Shown: one piece after another, positions 48,580-57,638 of the stretch
Layout of the letters: every line of letters starts with the position of its first letter
Position numbering within the stretch: the first letter of the stretch is position 1
IMG/VR virus record: IMGVR_UViG_3300018080_000184
Location: 1-62,850 of that record
Reading direction: 5' to 3' (one strand)
Length of the DNA: 62,850 nt
Source of the DNA: a virus
Taxonomy: Duplodnaviria > Caudoviricetes
Program-made: the position numbers and the translations under genes
Notes under the pieces: generated by a model
What the model was told of the DNA's origin: nothing
Databases searched by the model: none
The model's input: the letters and a program-made list of their open reading frames with translations, nothing else

Positions 48580-49249
48580 TTCGCAACTCCTCCATTTTCT
48601 GCTGGGCTTCCTGATAGATTCGATCCAGCGTGTTTACCAGCTTCTTGGCCTCATGCAGGTCATGTTGAAAGAACCATCGTGGCGATCTCTTACGTTTTGA
48701 CGGCTCACGCAGCAGGTGTGCTGGATGAAACATGGGGAACACGGGGTAGCTGACGTTCTTGTAGAATCCGGGGATTGATACGGTGTACAGGTCCTTGCGT
48801 GCCTGCGTGATGGTCTCCGGGATGCCGGTCAACGCTTTGAAGGCAGTGGCGCCAAACGCGATGATGGCGATCGGGTCGATCGTGTAGATTACCTCCTCAA
48901 TGTACGAGCTGCAGGCGGTGAGCTCCGCTGCAGTTGGTTTTCGGATGACGCGTTTGCGCCCGTCGCTTCGGACGAAGGGAACGCATTTAACGACGTTGTC
49001 GATGAACAGATCCGTTCGATCAATTTCGGCGTCGAGCAAAAATTCATTGAGAATCTCTCCCGATTCGCCCACGAACGGAATGCCCTCGTCGTCTTCGGTG
49101 AACCCTGGGCCTTCGCCGAAGACAACGATATTCGCGTGATGATTCCCGACTCCCAAGACGACGTTCGTGCGAGTTTCGTGCAGCTTGCACCTTGTGCAGT
49201 TTCGCCACCTCTCCGTGAACGGGAGGGGGCGTGGAAGCTCGTTATTCAT
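48563..49249 (-). CDS. uracil-DNA glycosylase family 4 (Fe-S)
   Basis: CTRCKL, GEGPG, GIPFVGESG, NVVKC, FHPAHLLR. Confidence 0.93.
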   Translation of the reverse strand: MNNELPRPLPFTERWRNCTRCKLHETRTNVVLGVGNHHANIVVFGEGPGFTEDDEGIPFVGESGEILNEFLLDAEIDRTDLFIDNVVKCVPFVRSDGRKRVIRKPTAAELTACSSYIEEVIYTIDPIAIIAFGATAFKALTGIPETITQARKDLYTVSIPGFYKNVSYPVFPMFHPAHLLREPSKRKRSPRWFFQHDLHEAKKLVNTLDRIYQEAQQKMEELRNDRES

Positions 49250-49727
49250 GCCCTCCACCACGAATCTTGGAGGCGAACTCGGCAGGGTTCAGGTTGTGTT
49301 TCGTGGCCACGTTGTCGATGTCGTGCAGGACTCCGGGCCGCGCAATGGAGATTCCGGCCGCTTGTGCGAGCATCTCTTGGCGCTTTTGCCGCATCTCCTC
49401 GAGGGTGCTGCTGTAGACTTCGCAGTTGATCTCTTGGCTCTCTGGGCTCAACCACGATACGTAGTAGCCCCCACTTGGAGTGACGATGAGCTGCGGCAGA
49501 GGCTCCAGCATCGTCCAATGCAGGTTGGCGAGAGCCAGCGCCTCGACGGGCAGACCATTTGGTCCAGTTCGTAGGGTGGGGCGTACCTCCAAAACATCGC
49601 GGAGGATTATTTCCCGGCCGGCGGCGAATGGTGGTTGACCTACTTCGCTTGCCTTCCCCATGTATGTGTTCGGTCCGCAGAGGACCACAGCAAGTCCTTG
49701 TATGTCTTTCGGCATTTTCTTAGGCAT
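49242..49727 (-). CDS. hypothetical protein
   Basis: GGAGAGG RBS; in operon. Confidence 0.65.
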   Translation of the reverse strand: MPKKMPKDIQGLAVVLCGPNTYMGKASEVGQPPFAAGREIILRDVLEVRPTLRTGPNGLPVEALALANLHWTMLEPLPQLIVTPSGGYYVSWLSPESQEINCEVYSSTLEEMRQKRQEMLAQAAGISIARPGVLHDIDNVATKHNLNPAEFASKIRGGGHE

Positions 49728-51087
49728 CTTCCTCTCCTACGATTTTTAGCGGAATATTCCACGACTTGAGAATGCGCATGAGCTTACGCCCGGCTGCGGC
49801 CAGGGGTCCCACTTTGTGATGCCAAATGAAAATTACTTTCGGCATCTTTTTTCCTGGTAGACGGCGCTGGGTCCTGCCCATGCACTGTTGCAGTAGATTG
49901 TCACTCGAGAATTCTGTCAAGCTGATGAGCGCATCTAACGATTTTTTGCTTAGCGACTCGCGCAGCATTTGGGTTGTTCCGAAAACAAGTCGGTTATTCA
50001 GAAGAATTGATAGGCGCTCTTTTTGCGGTACGGTGCGATTGATGAATCCAGAGTTCGGATAAAGCTCGTGCATGACTCGCAATCTTTCTGTTGAAAGCGC
50101 GATCACCATCAGCGTACGATCTCTGGCTAAGCCTTCGTCAATAATCATTTTTGCGAGTCGAATTTCTTTTTCCCGTGTGCTGAGATAGGCACACGTTTTG
50201 GCGAAATGGAATTCACCGGTTACGTCACAACACCCTCGACGAGTTTCCCTGTCGCGCAAATCCAATTGTGTGGGTGATGCGACAAAAGTAACTGTGGGAA
50301 TCATGTCTTGTTCGAGGTTGCTGTGGAATACGGGACCAAGATGCCACAGATACAAAAGATGCCGCCCATCAGGTCGGTCAACGGTCGCCGTCAGACCGTA
50401 ACGCCGTCCCAAGAAGAGCGGGGCTGTGCGGGATAGAACTGCCCCGCCAAGATGATGAACCTCGTCGAAGACGACGACTCCTGGAAATGCGGCCATCTCT
50501 AGCGGAATGGAATTGGCGTGTCGAGCAAGAGAGTTGATGCTGGCGAGAGTGATTGGCGCACGCCAGGTCCATTTTTTGGGATTGCCCTGTACCCACCCGA
50601 GATCGCCATCGATTTCCAGGAACCGATTGATTTCCTGCTTCCATTGCTCGAGGTGCGTTGGGTATCCAATGATGAGGGCCGGTACCTTGAGGTGAGCGAT
50701 GAGGTGCAACGCAATGACTGTTTTGCCGAGCCCGCAGGCTAGATTCAAAATACCGCCGTTCGCACAACACATGTCGCGGAACGCATCAGATTGGTCGGAA
50801 CGCTCGGGGCGTTGTTTGTCGAGCACGATTCGGCTTTCGATGCGTGTTTGGGCGTAAGAGCGCGGGCGAAGGTCCACAACCTCGTATCCGAGCTTTTCTG
50901 GATCGATCTTCGCTCGAGGAATTCCAATATGCCGTGGCGCCTCACGGAAAGCTCGAATGGGCTCCTGCCCGTCGGCATCGAGTGTCAGGCTGGTCTTGAG
51001 GATGCTTGGATTGACTTTCGTCTTTGGTAGCCAAAGCCATCCATCGTAATATCCGTATTCAGAATCCCTGACCGGAACAGTGTACAT
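49720..51087 (-). CDS. superfamily 2 helicase (UvsW/Rad25-like)
   Basis: ACGLGKT, DEVHH, GLTATVDRPDG, QQCMGRTQR. Confidence 0.9.
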   Translation of the reverse strand: MYTVPVRDSEYGYYDGWLWLPKTKVNPSILKTSLTLDADGQEPIRAFREAPRHIGIPRAKIDPEKLGYEVVDLRPRSYAQTRIESRIVLDKQRPERSDQSDAFRDMCCANGGILNLACGLGKTVIALHLIAHLKVPALIIGYPTHLEQWKQEINRFLEIDGDLGWVQGNPKKWTWRAPITLASINSLARHANSIPLEMAAFPGVVVFDEVHHLGGAVLSRTAPLFLGRRYGLTATVDRPDGRHLLYLWHLGPVFHSNLEQDMIPTVTFVASPTQLDLRDRETRRGCCDVTGEFHFAKTCAYLSTREKEIRLAKMIIDEGLARDRTLMVIALSTERLRVMHELYPNSGFINRTVPQKERLSILLNNRLVFGTTQMLRESLSKKSLDALISLTEFSSDNLLQQCMGRTQRRLPGKKMPKVIFIWHHKVGPLAAAGRKLMRILKSWNIPLKIVGEEDA

Positions 51088-51096
51088 GCGACTCCC

Positions 51097-51486
51097 TTAG
51101 AATTTATTCCAACGAAAGTATGCCGCCATTTCCTCACCGGCTGCAGAGAGACCGCCGGCGAGCATGTTTTTCATAAGTCGTTGAAAAAGTGTTTCACCCT
51201 CCTTTGGCAAGACTGCCACCCGCCGGAACTCTACGGGTGGCGCGACGGCGTAGCCAAGCTTCTCGTAGGCTCGCTGTTCTACTGATTGGTCGTGCTGGCG
51301 CTGACTGGGCATCGGCCGTGTCGTCGTAAATGGAGCGCGGCCAATGGTTGTTGCCGGTCGGTGTGGCGGGATCCCATGAATCTTCCGCGTCTGCAACCGA
51401 CACTGCACGCGTTCGTTGCAGACACTGCATTCGTAATCATCCTCGGAGTAATGCCCGAGGCACTCCTGTTCATCGAAAACGCCCAC
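51097..51486 (-). CDS. hypothetical protein with N-terminal Cys cluster; first gene of the replication operon
   Basis: AAGGAGG RBS; CLG...ECSVC...C. Confidence 0.7.
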   Translation of the reverse strand: MGVFDEQECLGHYSEDDYECSVCNERVQCRLQTRKIHGIPPHRPATTIGRAPFTTTRPMPSQRQHDQSVEQRAYEKLGYAVAPPVEFRRVAVLPKEGETLFQRLMKNMLAGGLSAAGEEMAAYFRWNKF

Positions 51487-51527
51487 ATACCCTCCTTTGT
51501 CATGTAAACTGCCCGGTCAGGGAATCT

Positions 51528-51555
51528 CTTATACCGTAATTTTTCGTATCTTTGC
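51528..51555 (-). promoter_or_regulatory. phage promoter motif GCAAA-N17-TATAAG heading the replication operon
   Basis: Conserved spacing; lies at the strand switch. Confidence 0.7.
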
Positions 51556-51636
51556 TCAAGGGTTCCGCGATGGTAGACTTGATTCCGAGAACAGAATAAC
51601 TGTAACATTTTGCGTTTTACGGAGCGGAGAGGCGCG

Positions 51637-52842
51637 ATGCAGATTCCGGCTGGTTCGGTAATCGATCCTTATGACGATGATTTCGAGTCGCTCAAAGCGA
51701 TGTTCGCAAATCAGAGCGCACCAGACTTCATCAAGACAGCGAGCATCATGGATGATGCCGTGCTGGCGGCCCTTCCGGACCACGCCTTTGCGGTCGTTCT
51801 GTTGGGGGACGGTGCACCGCTGCGGAAGTATGCGTGCGTGGACAAAGCGCACACAGCCGTAAATACGTTGTATTTTATCGAGAAGGGCGCTGCGCTGCTT
51901 CCGGAAGAGGCCAAGCACGTGGCTGCAGAAAACTTGCTCCGTGCTTGTGTGCATTTTCAAATCACACCGCCAGCCCCGCTCGCCAAAGAGGCAAAAGCAA
52001 AAAAGGTCCTTATCAAATCTGATGGGCCGATCCTGACGACACCAGCAAAAAAGAAAGAATCCGAGCTTGTTGGGACGTCAGTCATGCCGGTATCAGCGCC
52101 CGCACAGACGGGGAAGCTCGCGTCCGTTATGGGCGACCCTTACGTGACTTTCAAGTTGGCGGAAGAGGACTTCTTCACGAAATTGGCTTACGACCCGGGA
52201 GCGCATGTGCTGGACCCAGAGGCAAAGCTCAGCTCCTACGATCACGTGGCATCAGCTGCCCGGCATTTCACGGAGACAGGACGCGAATTGCATCCGCGCG
52301 CACGTCATGAAGCGTGCGTCAAGATCGCATCTCAGGCAGCCACGCTTGGGGTGACGGTCAGCGATACGATTCAGAAATACGGGTCGCGCACCTATGCCGA
52401 TGACGAGGAGCTGGCCACGTCGGTAGAAACTCGACGGCAAGTTTGGGCTGATCTGGAGAACGGAGAAGCTCCCGATATGCTGAAGCTGCTGATGGAAAAG
52501 AGAGCTTCAATGTCGCCCGACGTTTTCGCAGAAACATTGGCGGAGCTGGACATCGTTACGGGGATTGACCGGTATTGGGATAGTGGAATTCCCGATCCAT
52601 GGTTTACCACTTTCGGCAAAGTCGCGCAGGAAAGTTGGCGATGGGTGCAGGGAACGGAAGCGTTATCAGAGGGGGAGTTGCGAACCTTCGCGTCGGAAGG
52701 TCAGGATGTCCTCAAAGACAAGTTCGGCGAGGACCTTGCGAGGGCTTTGGCGCGGGACCCGATTCCAATATTCGAGTCCCTGCCGCTCAACTCGAAACGT
52801 GCCATCGCACGAATGGCTCAACAACACGCATCAGGTCTCTAG
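51637..52842 (+). CDS. putative head assembly/internal protein rich in K-x-A motifs
   Basis: GGAGAGG RBS; first gene of the portal cluster. Confidence 0.65.
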   Translation: MQIPAGSVIDPYDDDFESLKAMFANQSAPDFIKTASIMDDAVLAALPDHAFAVVLLGDGAPLRKYACVDKAHTAVNTLYFIEKGAALLPEEAKHVAAENLLRACVHFQITPPAPLAKEAKAKKVLIKSDGPILTTPAKKKESELVGTSVMPVSAPAQTGKLASVMGDPYVTFKLAEEDFFTKLAYDPGAHVLDPEAKLSSYDHVASAARHFTETGRELHPRARHEACVKIASQAATLGVTVSDTIQKYGSRTYADDEELATSVETRRQVWADLENGEAPDMLKLLMEKRASMSPDVFAETLAELDIVTGIDRYWDSGIPDPWFTTFGKVAQESWRWVQGTEALSEGELRTFASEGQDVLKDKFGEDLARALARDPIPIFESLPLNSKRAIARMAQQHASGL

Positions 52843-52851
52843 GAGGAGAAC

Positions 52852-53601
52852 ATGGTAAGCAAGGCTTTTGGCGGTGAGACTGCCCGCCGTCCGCACCTGG
52901 CACACGACGGGAAGGGCGGACTTCCTGGTGAGGTTGGTGACCTCCGTTCGGATGTGGAGGTGGCCTTCCGGAAGAACGAAGGGCGGACGGCAGCGGATGA
53001 GTATCCGGAGCTCGAGTGGGTTTCTGGCGGTGCACCGGCCGCGGCCGGTGGCGACGCGACGCTGCGTGGCCAGTACCTGCTGCAGGGGCAGGCGTTCGCC
53101 AGCCTCACGCTCGGCGCAAGCTTGGACATCATCGCCTGCGTGCCTGGCTTGGCGGGCAACGACTACAGTGTCGAGGTGGTGGACACCGGCGGTGGCGGTC
53201 TGACCATCGCGATGCCGGCCAGCAAGCTCACCATCGACCTGGGTGGGGCCACGCCCAATGAGGACACCATCGCCACGGCGCTGAACAACGCCGCTGCGGC
53301 CAACTACCAAACCTTGCGCGCCGACTCAGGTGGTGGCGCCGCCTTCGGAACGGTCACCGAAGCCAATCTGACCGGCGGCACCGGCGAGGGTTGGAGTTGT
53401 GTGGTCGCAGGCGTGGCTGCTCCTATCAAACACGACACGGGTGCCGCCACATCGAACGCCAATCTGTCCGAGACGTCTGCCATCGTCACCATTCCGAATT
53501 TGACCGCTGGCGGTGATCCACGAGCGGTCGGAGATCCCTCGGCCATCACCGTCGCGACCGACGGTGTCCGCACACAGACAGTCGCCGTCGTGCTCGCGTA
53601 G
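52852..53601 (+). CDS. Gly/Ala/Thr-rich virion decoration-like protein
   Basis: AGGAGG RBS; ANLTGG sheath-accessory-like motif; N-terminal module shared with 28652..30409. Confidence 0.65.
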   Translation: MVSKAFGGETARRPHLAHDGKGGLPGEVGDLRSDVEVAFRKNEGRTAADEYPELEWVSGGAPAAAGGDATLRGQYLLQGQAFASLTLGASLDIIACVPGLAGNDYSVEVVDTGGGGLTIAMPASKLTIDLGGATPNEDTIATALNNAAAANYQTLRADSGGGAAFGTVTEANLTGGTGEGWSCVVAGVAAPIKHDTGAATSNANLSETSAIVTIPNLTAGGDPRAVGDPSAITVATDGVRTQTVAVVLA

Positions 53602-53608
53602 GGGCCAA

Positions 53609-54487
53609 ATGCTCACCGCCCAGGAGGAGACGTTCTATCGGAACTTGAAGAGTGGTGCTCCTCCGGTGCCCGCGGAAGACGATGAAACCTCTCCCGTCGT
53701 CGAGGCGGAGCCTCCGGAGGAGCCCAGCCAATCTCAGGGCGCTCGGCCGGTGCCTTTCACTGCAAAGAACATCTTCGGCCATCCCGACACTCACCCGCTG
53801 CTTTTGGATATCGTTCTCCTTAACAAGTACGGAGCGGCATGGCTTGGGTGGGAGCCCGAGACTGTCTGGGCTGAGATCGAGGATGATTTCAAACAATCCA
53901 TCAGTGTACACGCGCGCAATAAAATCCAGGCGCTCCGCACCTGTCACGCCGTGACCACGCCGTGGGAAGCGTGGGGCGTATTCAATGTTGTCTGTCAGGC
54001 GTTCAACAACAATGTGCCGAATTTTCGCATTTTGCAAAAACCCTCAATCGCACAGCTTGTTGTGGCCGTCGACATCATGAAACGCATTCGCGATGCCGTC
54101 TTCAGCGACGAAGTCGAAATATTCATCGCCACCTGCTTTTTGGACGAGGGGGTCAGCTACTTGCCCCCGCCCGTCGATTTTGCGCAGGAACGGGCCGCCC
54201 GTCCCATGTATCGATGCACGGCATGTGGGAAAATCGACATTGATACGGAAAACGATATGTGTGATCTGTGTGGTGCCCCGGCCAGCAAGCTTGTGCGTTC
54301 GTACACTCATGATCCGGCGCCGATTGCCAAACGTTACGCGCAACGCTTAGCGAACTCGGATATTCTCCTGGAAGAAAATCCGGTGGATGTGCCAGTGGCG
54401 CGACTCATTTTGGCACACGAGTACCATTTGTATCGTCGACGTCAGCTCGAAGAGCAGCTGAAGGTTGTGAAGCATGCCCAACTATGA
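53609..54487 (+). CDS. hypothetical protein with zinc ribbon
   Basis: WLGWEPETVW motif; CTACG...CDLCG. Confidence 0.7.
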   Translation: MLTAQEETFYRNLKSGAPPVPAEDDETSPVVEAEPPEEPSQSQGARPVPFTAKNIFGHPDTHPLLLDIVLLNKYGAAWLGWEPETVWAEIEDDFKQSISVHARNKIQALRTCHAVTTPWEAWGVFNVVCQAFNNNVPNFRILQKPSIAQLVVAVDIMKRIRDAVFSDEVEIFIATCFLDEGVSYLPPPVDFAQERAARPMYRCTACGKIDIDTENDMCDLCGAPASKLVRSYTHDPAPIAKRYAQRLANSDILLEENPVDVPVARLILAHEYHLYRRRQLEEQLKVVKHAQL

Positions 54488-55391
54488 CTACACGCTCAAT
54501 CTTGCAAACGCCCAAGCCGACGAGTTTGAGAAGATCGCGGTCAGTCTAAGCTCGCCATGGGCCGGTCGTATCGCGGGCGCCCTGCTTGGTGGGGCCGGTG
54601 GGGGCGCGCTGGGAGCGGCGACCGCCCCTCCCGAGCAGAGGACCCTCGGTACCGTGCGCGGAGCTCTATTCGGAGCTGGCGCCGGATTGTTGGGTGGACA
54701 GTTCGCAACGCGTGCTGGTCGACAGCAGGCGCAGCGCTTTGGTCAGCGACAGCTGCACGGCGTGACCGGCTACCTTCCCGGCCGCGGTCTCGTTGGCCGA
54801 GGCACAGAGGGGACCAAATGGTGGCAGCTGGGCGCCCGGGCGCAGCAGCCTCTTACCAAAGCCGAACGGGTGGCCAAACTGAAGGCGATGAAGATGGATG
54901 TGCCCGAACGGCTGACGCAGCAAGAAGCGCGCAAGCGGGTTCGGGAGGGCACCGTCGGTCGTCTACTTGGGATTGGCGAGACGCAAACGGGCGCACGCGT
55001 ACAGGACTGGATGGCCAGACGGATGCTCGCGACGCGGGAAGCGCGGCGCCGTCTGGCTGAATCTGGCATGACCTCGCTTCCGGGTCTGGCGCGCGGCTAC
55101 GCGGGGCGGGCTGGGATGAGCCCACTCGAGGCGGCAAAGCTCAATATCACAGCGCCCGGAATGGCGATGGGGGCCGTGTTGCCGGCTGCCATGGCGGCAC
55201 AGTCTGGAGCCGAGCTCGCGCAGACGGGGGATGTTCGTCAGTTTGCGCAGGGTCTTGGTGAGACGGCCGGCTGGACGTTGGCGGGCGGTATGCCAATCGG
55301 TGCCTCCATGGCTCTTGGAACTCTGGCAGGTAAGGGTGGCGAGGCGCTTGGATACGGAGTCGAGCGCCTTCGGAACCGCCCACAGCGGTGA
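54474..55391 (+). CDS. basic glycine-zipper protein, putative internal virion/ejection protein
   Basis: DEFEKIA near the N-terminus; GALLGGAGGGALG and GALFGAGAGLLGG. Confidence 0.6.
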   Translation: MPNYDYTLNLANAQADEFEKIAVSLSSPWAGRIAGALLGGAGGGALGAATAPPEQRTLGTVRGALFGAGAGLLGGQFATRAGRQQAQRFGQRQLHGVTGYLPGRGLVGRGTEGTKWWQLGARAQQPLTKAERVAKLKAMKMDVPERLTQQEARKRVREGTVGRLLGIGETQTGARVQDWMARRMLATREARRRLAESGMTSLPGLARGYAGRAGMSPLEAAKLNITAPGMAMGAVLPAAMAAQSGAELAQTGDVRQFAQGLGETAGWTLAGGMPIGASMALGTLAGKGGEALGYGVERLRNRPQR

Positions 55392-55395
55392 AATA

Positions 55396-57246
55396 ATGCT
55401 CACTCAACCTGGACGTGGCTCAACTCCAGCGCTGACCCCTGGCCGAATTGGACAGACGGCGTCGCAGACGGTCAGCTATCCGTCGCCCTTTTTCGACATT
55501 GCTCAGACCTACCTGCCACCCACCGTCAAGAGTATGTTTCGTTGGGTCAGGTATTACTATCTGACCAGCCCTCTTCACTCCGCCATCATCAACAAGATGG
55601 CTCTCTATCCGCTGACGGACATGGTGTACGACACGGACAGCAAGGGACTGAAGGATCTGTGGCAAGCATGCCTTGAGGATGATCTGCAGATTCGTTCCAT
55701 TTTGACCGACATCGGCATTCATTATTTTTGCTACGGCAACGCGCCCATCTCTATGTACACGCCAACCGTGAAATGGTTGGGTTGTTCCGAGTGCCACCAT
55801 TGGGAACCGGCCAAGACGGCGAACTATCGATTTTACGATTACAGGTTTCGTCTGACATGTCGGAAGTGCGGCGCATTGAGCACGGCGGAGGTTCGGGAGC
55901 AGACACTGCGTACGACCAGCGGCATGAAGGTCATTCTGTGGAATCCAGAAGATCTTGATATTCACTACAATGCGCTCACGCACGTGTCGACACACTATTT
56001 CAACCTGCCGACGTCATCGAAAAACGAAATCACGTTGGGGCGGCGAGAAACAGTAGAGGATGCTCCGCAGATATTTCTGGATGCGGCCAAGCAGAACAAG
56101 TCCATCGTTATCAACAGGGAGAACATCTACCACCTCAAGCGCGCGGCCATCATGACAGGCCCCCGAGATCGTGGTTGGGGTATTCCGTTGGCGATGCCGG
56201 TATTGAAGGACACGTTCTACCTCCAGATCATGAAGAAGTCCCAAGAGTCTGTGCTTCTGGAGAGACTCCTTCCGCTCGTCACGATCTACCCGCAGCAGTC
56301 TTCCGAGGGAGCCAGCCCCTACAGTATGGTCAACTTGACTGACTGGCGGAAGGCGGTTCGGAACGAGCTGTTTCTTTGGAGACAAGACCGTCAATATATC
56401 CCAATTCTCCCACTGCCTATCGGTCACCAAGTGATTGGTGGAGACGGTAGAGCATTATTGCTGACACAAGAAATGCGCGCGCTGTCCGAGCAGATCATTT
56501 CGGGCATGGGCGTACCTCAGGAGTTTTTCTTCGGCGGCCTCAGCTATTCGGGATCGTCCGTCTCACTGCGCATGCTGGAAAATCAGTTTCTCCGTTATCT
56601 GAGTGGACTGCAGCAGCTTCTCAACACTTTCATCATTCGCCGCATTGCGGCCCACATGGACTGGCCAGCCGTGAAGGTGCGGTTCAAGCCGTTCAAGATG
56701 GCGGATGACTTGCAGCGTAAAGCGTACCTGTTTCAGCTCAACCAGGCGGGCAAGATCAGTGACACGACGTTGTTGCAAGACAGTGATCTCAGTCCCGAAG
56801 AGGAGGACGCGCTGCTCAAGAGTGAGACCAAGCGGCGCCTGGAGGCGGTCAAGCAACAGCAGCTGGCCGAGGCAGAGATTGCTGGCGAGGCGCAGGTGGT
56901 CAACGCGCGTTATCAAGCGAAGGCCCAAACGGTCATCGCTCAGGAGCAGCAGCAGGCCATGGCAGGTATGCACGGTGCCGCTCCTGGAGAGCCGGGCGAG
57001 GGGGTGGGTTCTCCGCCGGTCACGCCGCAGCAACCGGCCGAGGGGTTCGAGCAAGTTGTGCAGCGCATGCGTGCTCTGGATCCGCAAGCACAGCAGCGGA
57101 TTCTGCAGCGGATTGGTCAGAGCAATCCACAGCTCGCCGGCCAAATCGGAAAGGGATTGGGGCTCACCTTCAATAGCCCTGCAGCCGCTCGCGAGCTCCC
57201 CGTCCAACTTCCACCTAGACGTGGCGCCGCGAACGCACAGATCTAA
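55396..57246 (+). CDS. portal protein with zinc-ribbon insertion
   Basis: IYHLKR...GWGIPL, IISGMGVPQEFFFGG...SVSLRML, KISDTTLL portal-like motifs; Gln-rich tail. Confidence 0.75.
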   Translation: MLTQPGRGSTPALTPGRIGQTASQTVSYPSPFFDIAQTYLPPTVKSMFRWVRYYYLTSPLHSAIINKMALYPLTDMVYDTDSKGLKDLWQACLEDDLQIRSILTDIGIHYFCYGNAPISMYTPTVKWLGCSECHHWEPAKTANYRFYDYRFRLTCRKCGALSTAEVREQTLRTTSGMKVILWNPEDLDIHYNALTHVSTHYFNLPTSSKNEITLGRRETVEDAPQIFLDAAKQNKSIVINRENIYHLKRAAIMTGPRDRGWGIPLAMPVLKDTFYLQIMKKSQESVLLERLLPLVTIYPQQSSEGASPYSMVNLTDWRKAVRNELFLWRQDRQYIPILPLPIGHQVIGGDGRALLLTQEMRALSEQIISGMGVPQEFFFGGLSYSGSSVSLRMLENQFLRYLSGLQQLLNTFIIRRIAAHMDWPAVKVRFKPFKMADDLQRKAYLFQLNQAGKISDTTLLQDSDLSPEEEDALLKSETKRRLEAVKQQQLAEAEIAGEAQVVNARYQAKAQTVIAQEQQQAMAGMHGAAPGEPGEGVGSPPVTPQQPAEGFEQVVQRMRALDPQAQQRILQRIGQSNPQLAGQIGKGLGLTFNSPAAARELPVQLPPRRGAANAQI

Positions 57247-57263
57247 GAAAAGAGTTGGGGATA

Positions 57264-57288
57264 GGGCGCCCCCGAGTTGGGGGCGCCC
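57264..57288. terminator. 10-bp GC hairpin between convergent genes
   Basis: GGGCGCCCCC-GAGTT-GGGGGCGCCC. Confidence 0.6.
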
Positions 57289-57304
57289 CTGGTTGGTGGA
57301 GAGG

Positions 57305-57370
57305 TTACCGCATCAATGAGGCTACCGTGATCGCCGCAGTTGCCGCTGCGACGAGGACGAACAGCCTCAC
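57305..57370 (-). CDS. 21-aa hydrophobic peptide (not in ORF track)
   Basis: MRLFVLVAAATAAITVASLMR; GTGA overlap with the upstream ORF. Confidence 0.3.
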   Translation of the reverse strand: MRLFVLVAAATAAITVASLMR

Positions 57371-57549
57371 TCCTCGTCCTCCCCTTCCGTGTCCTCGCAG
57401 TCGTACTCGAGGTCCTCGAGGATCTCATCCTCGAGGTCCAACGAGTCAAAGGCGCCCGTGTCATCGGCACCTTTGCCCCTCAACTGCGAGGACCTTTCAA
57501 CTGCCTCCACACCAACCATCCTCACTCCTTTCCAAAGGCGGGCTAACAC
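57367..57549 (-). CDS. small protein with highly acidic C-terminus
   Basis: Own promoter motif and GGAGG/GAGG RBS; DLEDEILEDLEYDCEDTEGEDEE. Confidence 0.55.
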   Translation of the reverse strand: MLARLWKGVRMVGVEAVERSSQLRGKGADDTGAFDSLDLEDEILEDLEYDCEDTEGEDEE

Positions 57550-57566
57550 GATACCGCCTCATCCTC

Positions 57567-57594
57567 CTTATAACCGCGTCCTTGCTGGGTTTTT
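57567..57594 (-). promoter_or_regulatory. phage promoter motif AAAAA-N17-TATAAG
   Basis: Conserved spacing; divergent from the RNAP gene. Confidence 0.6.
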
Positions 57595-57638
57595 TGCGCA
57601 CTGATAAAGTCGAGCAAAAAGAAAGATGAGGACCTGTC

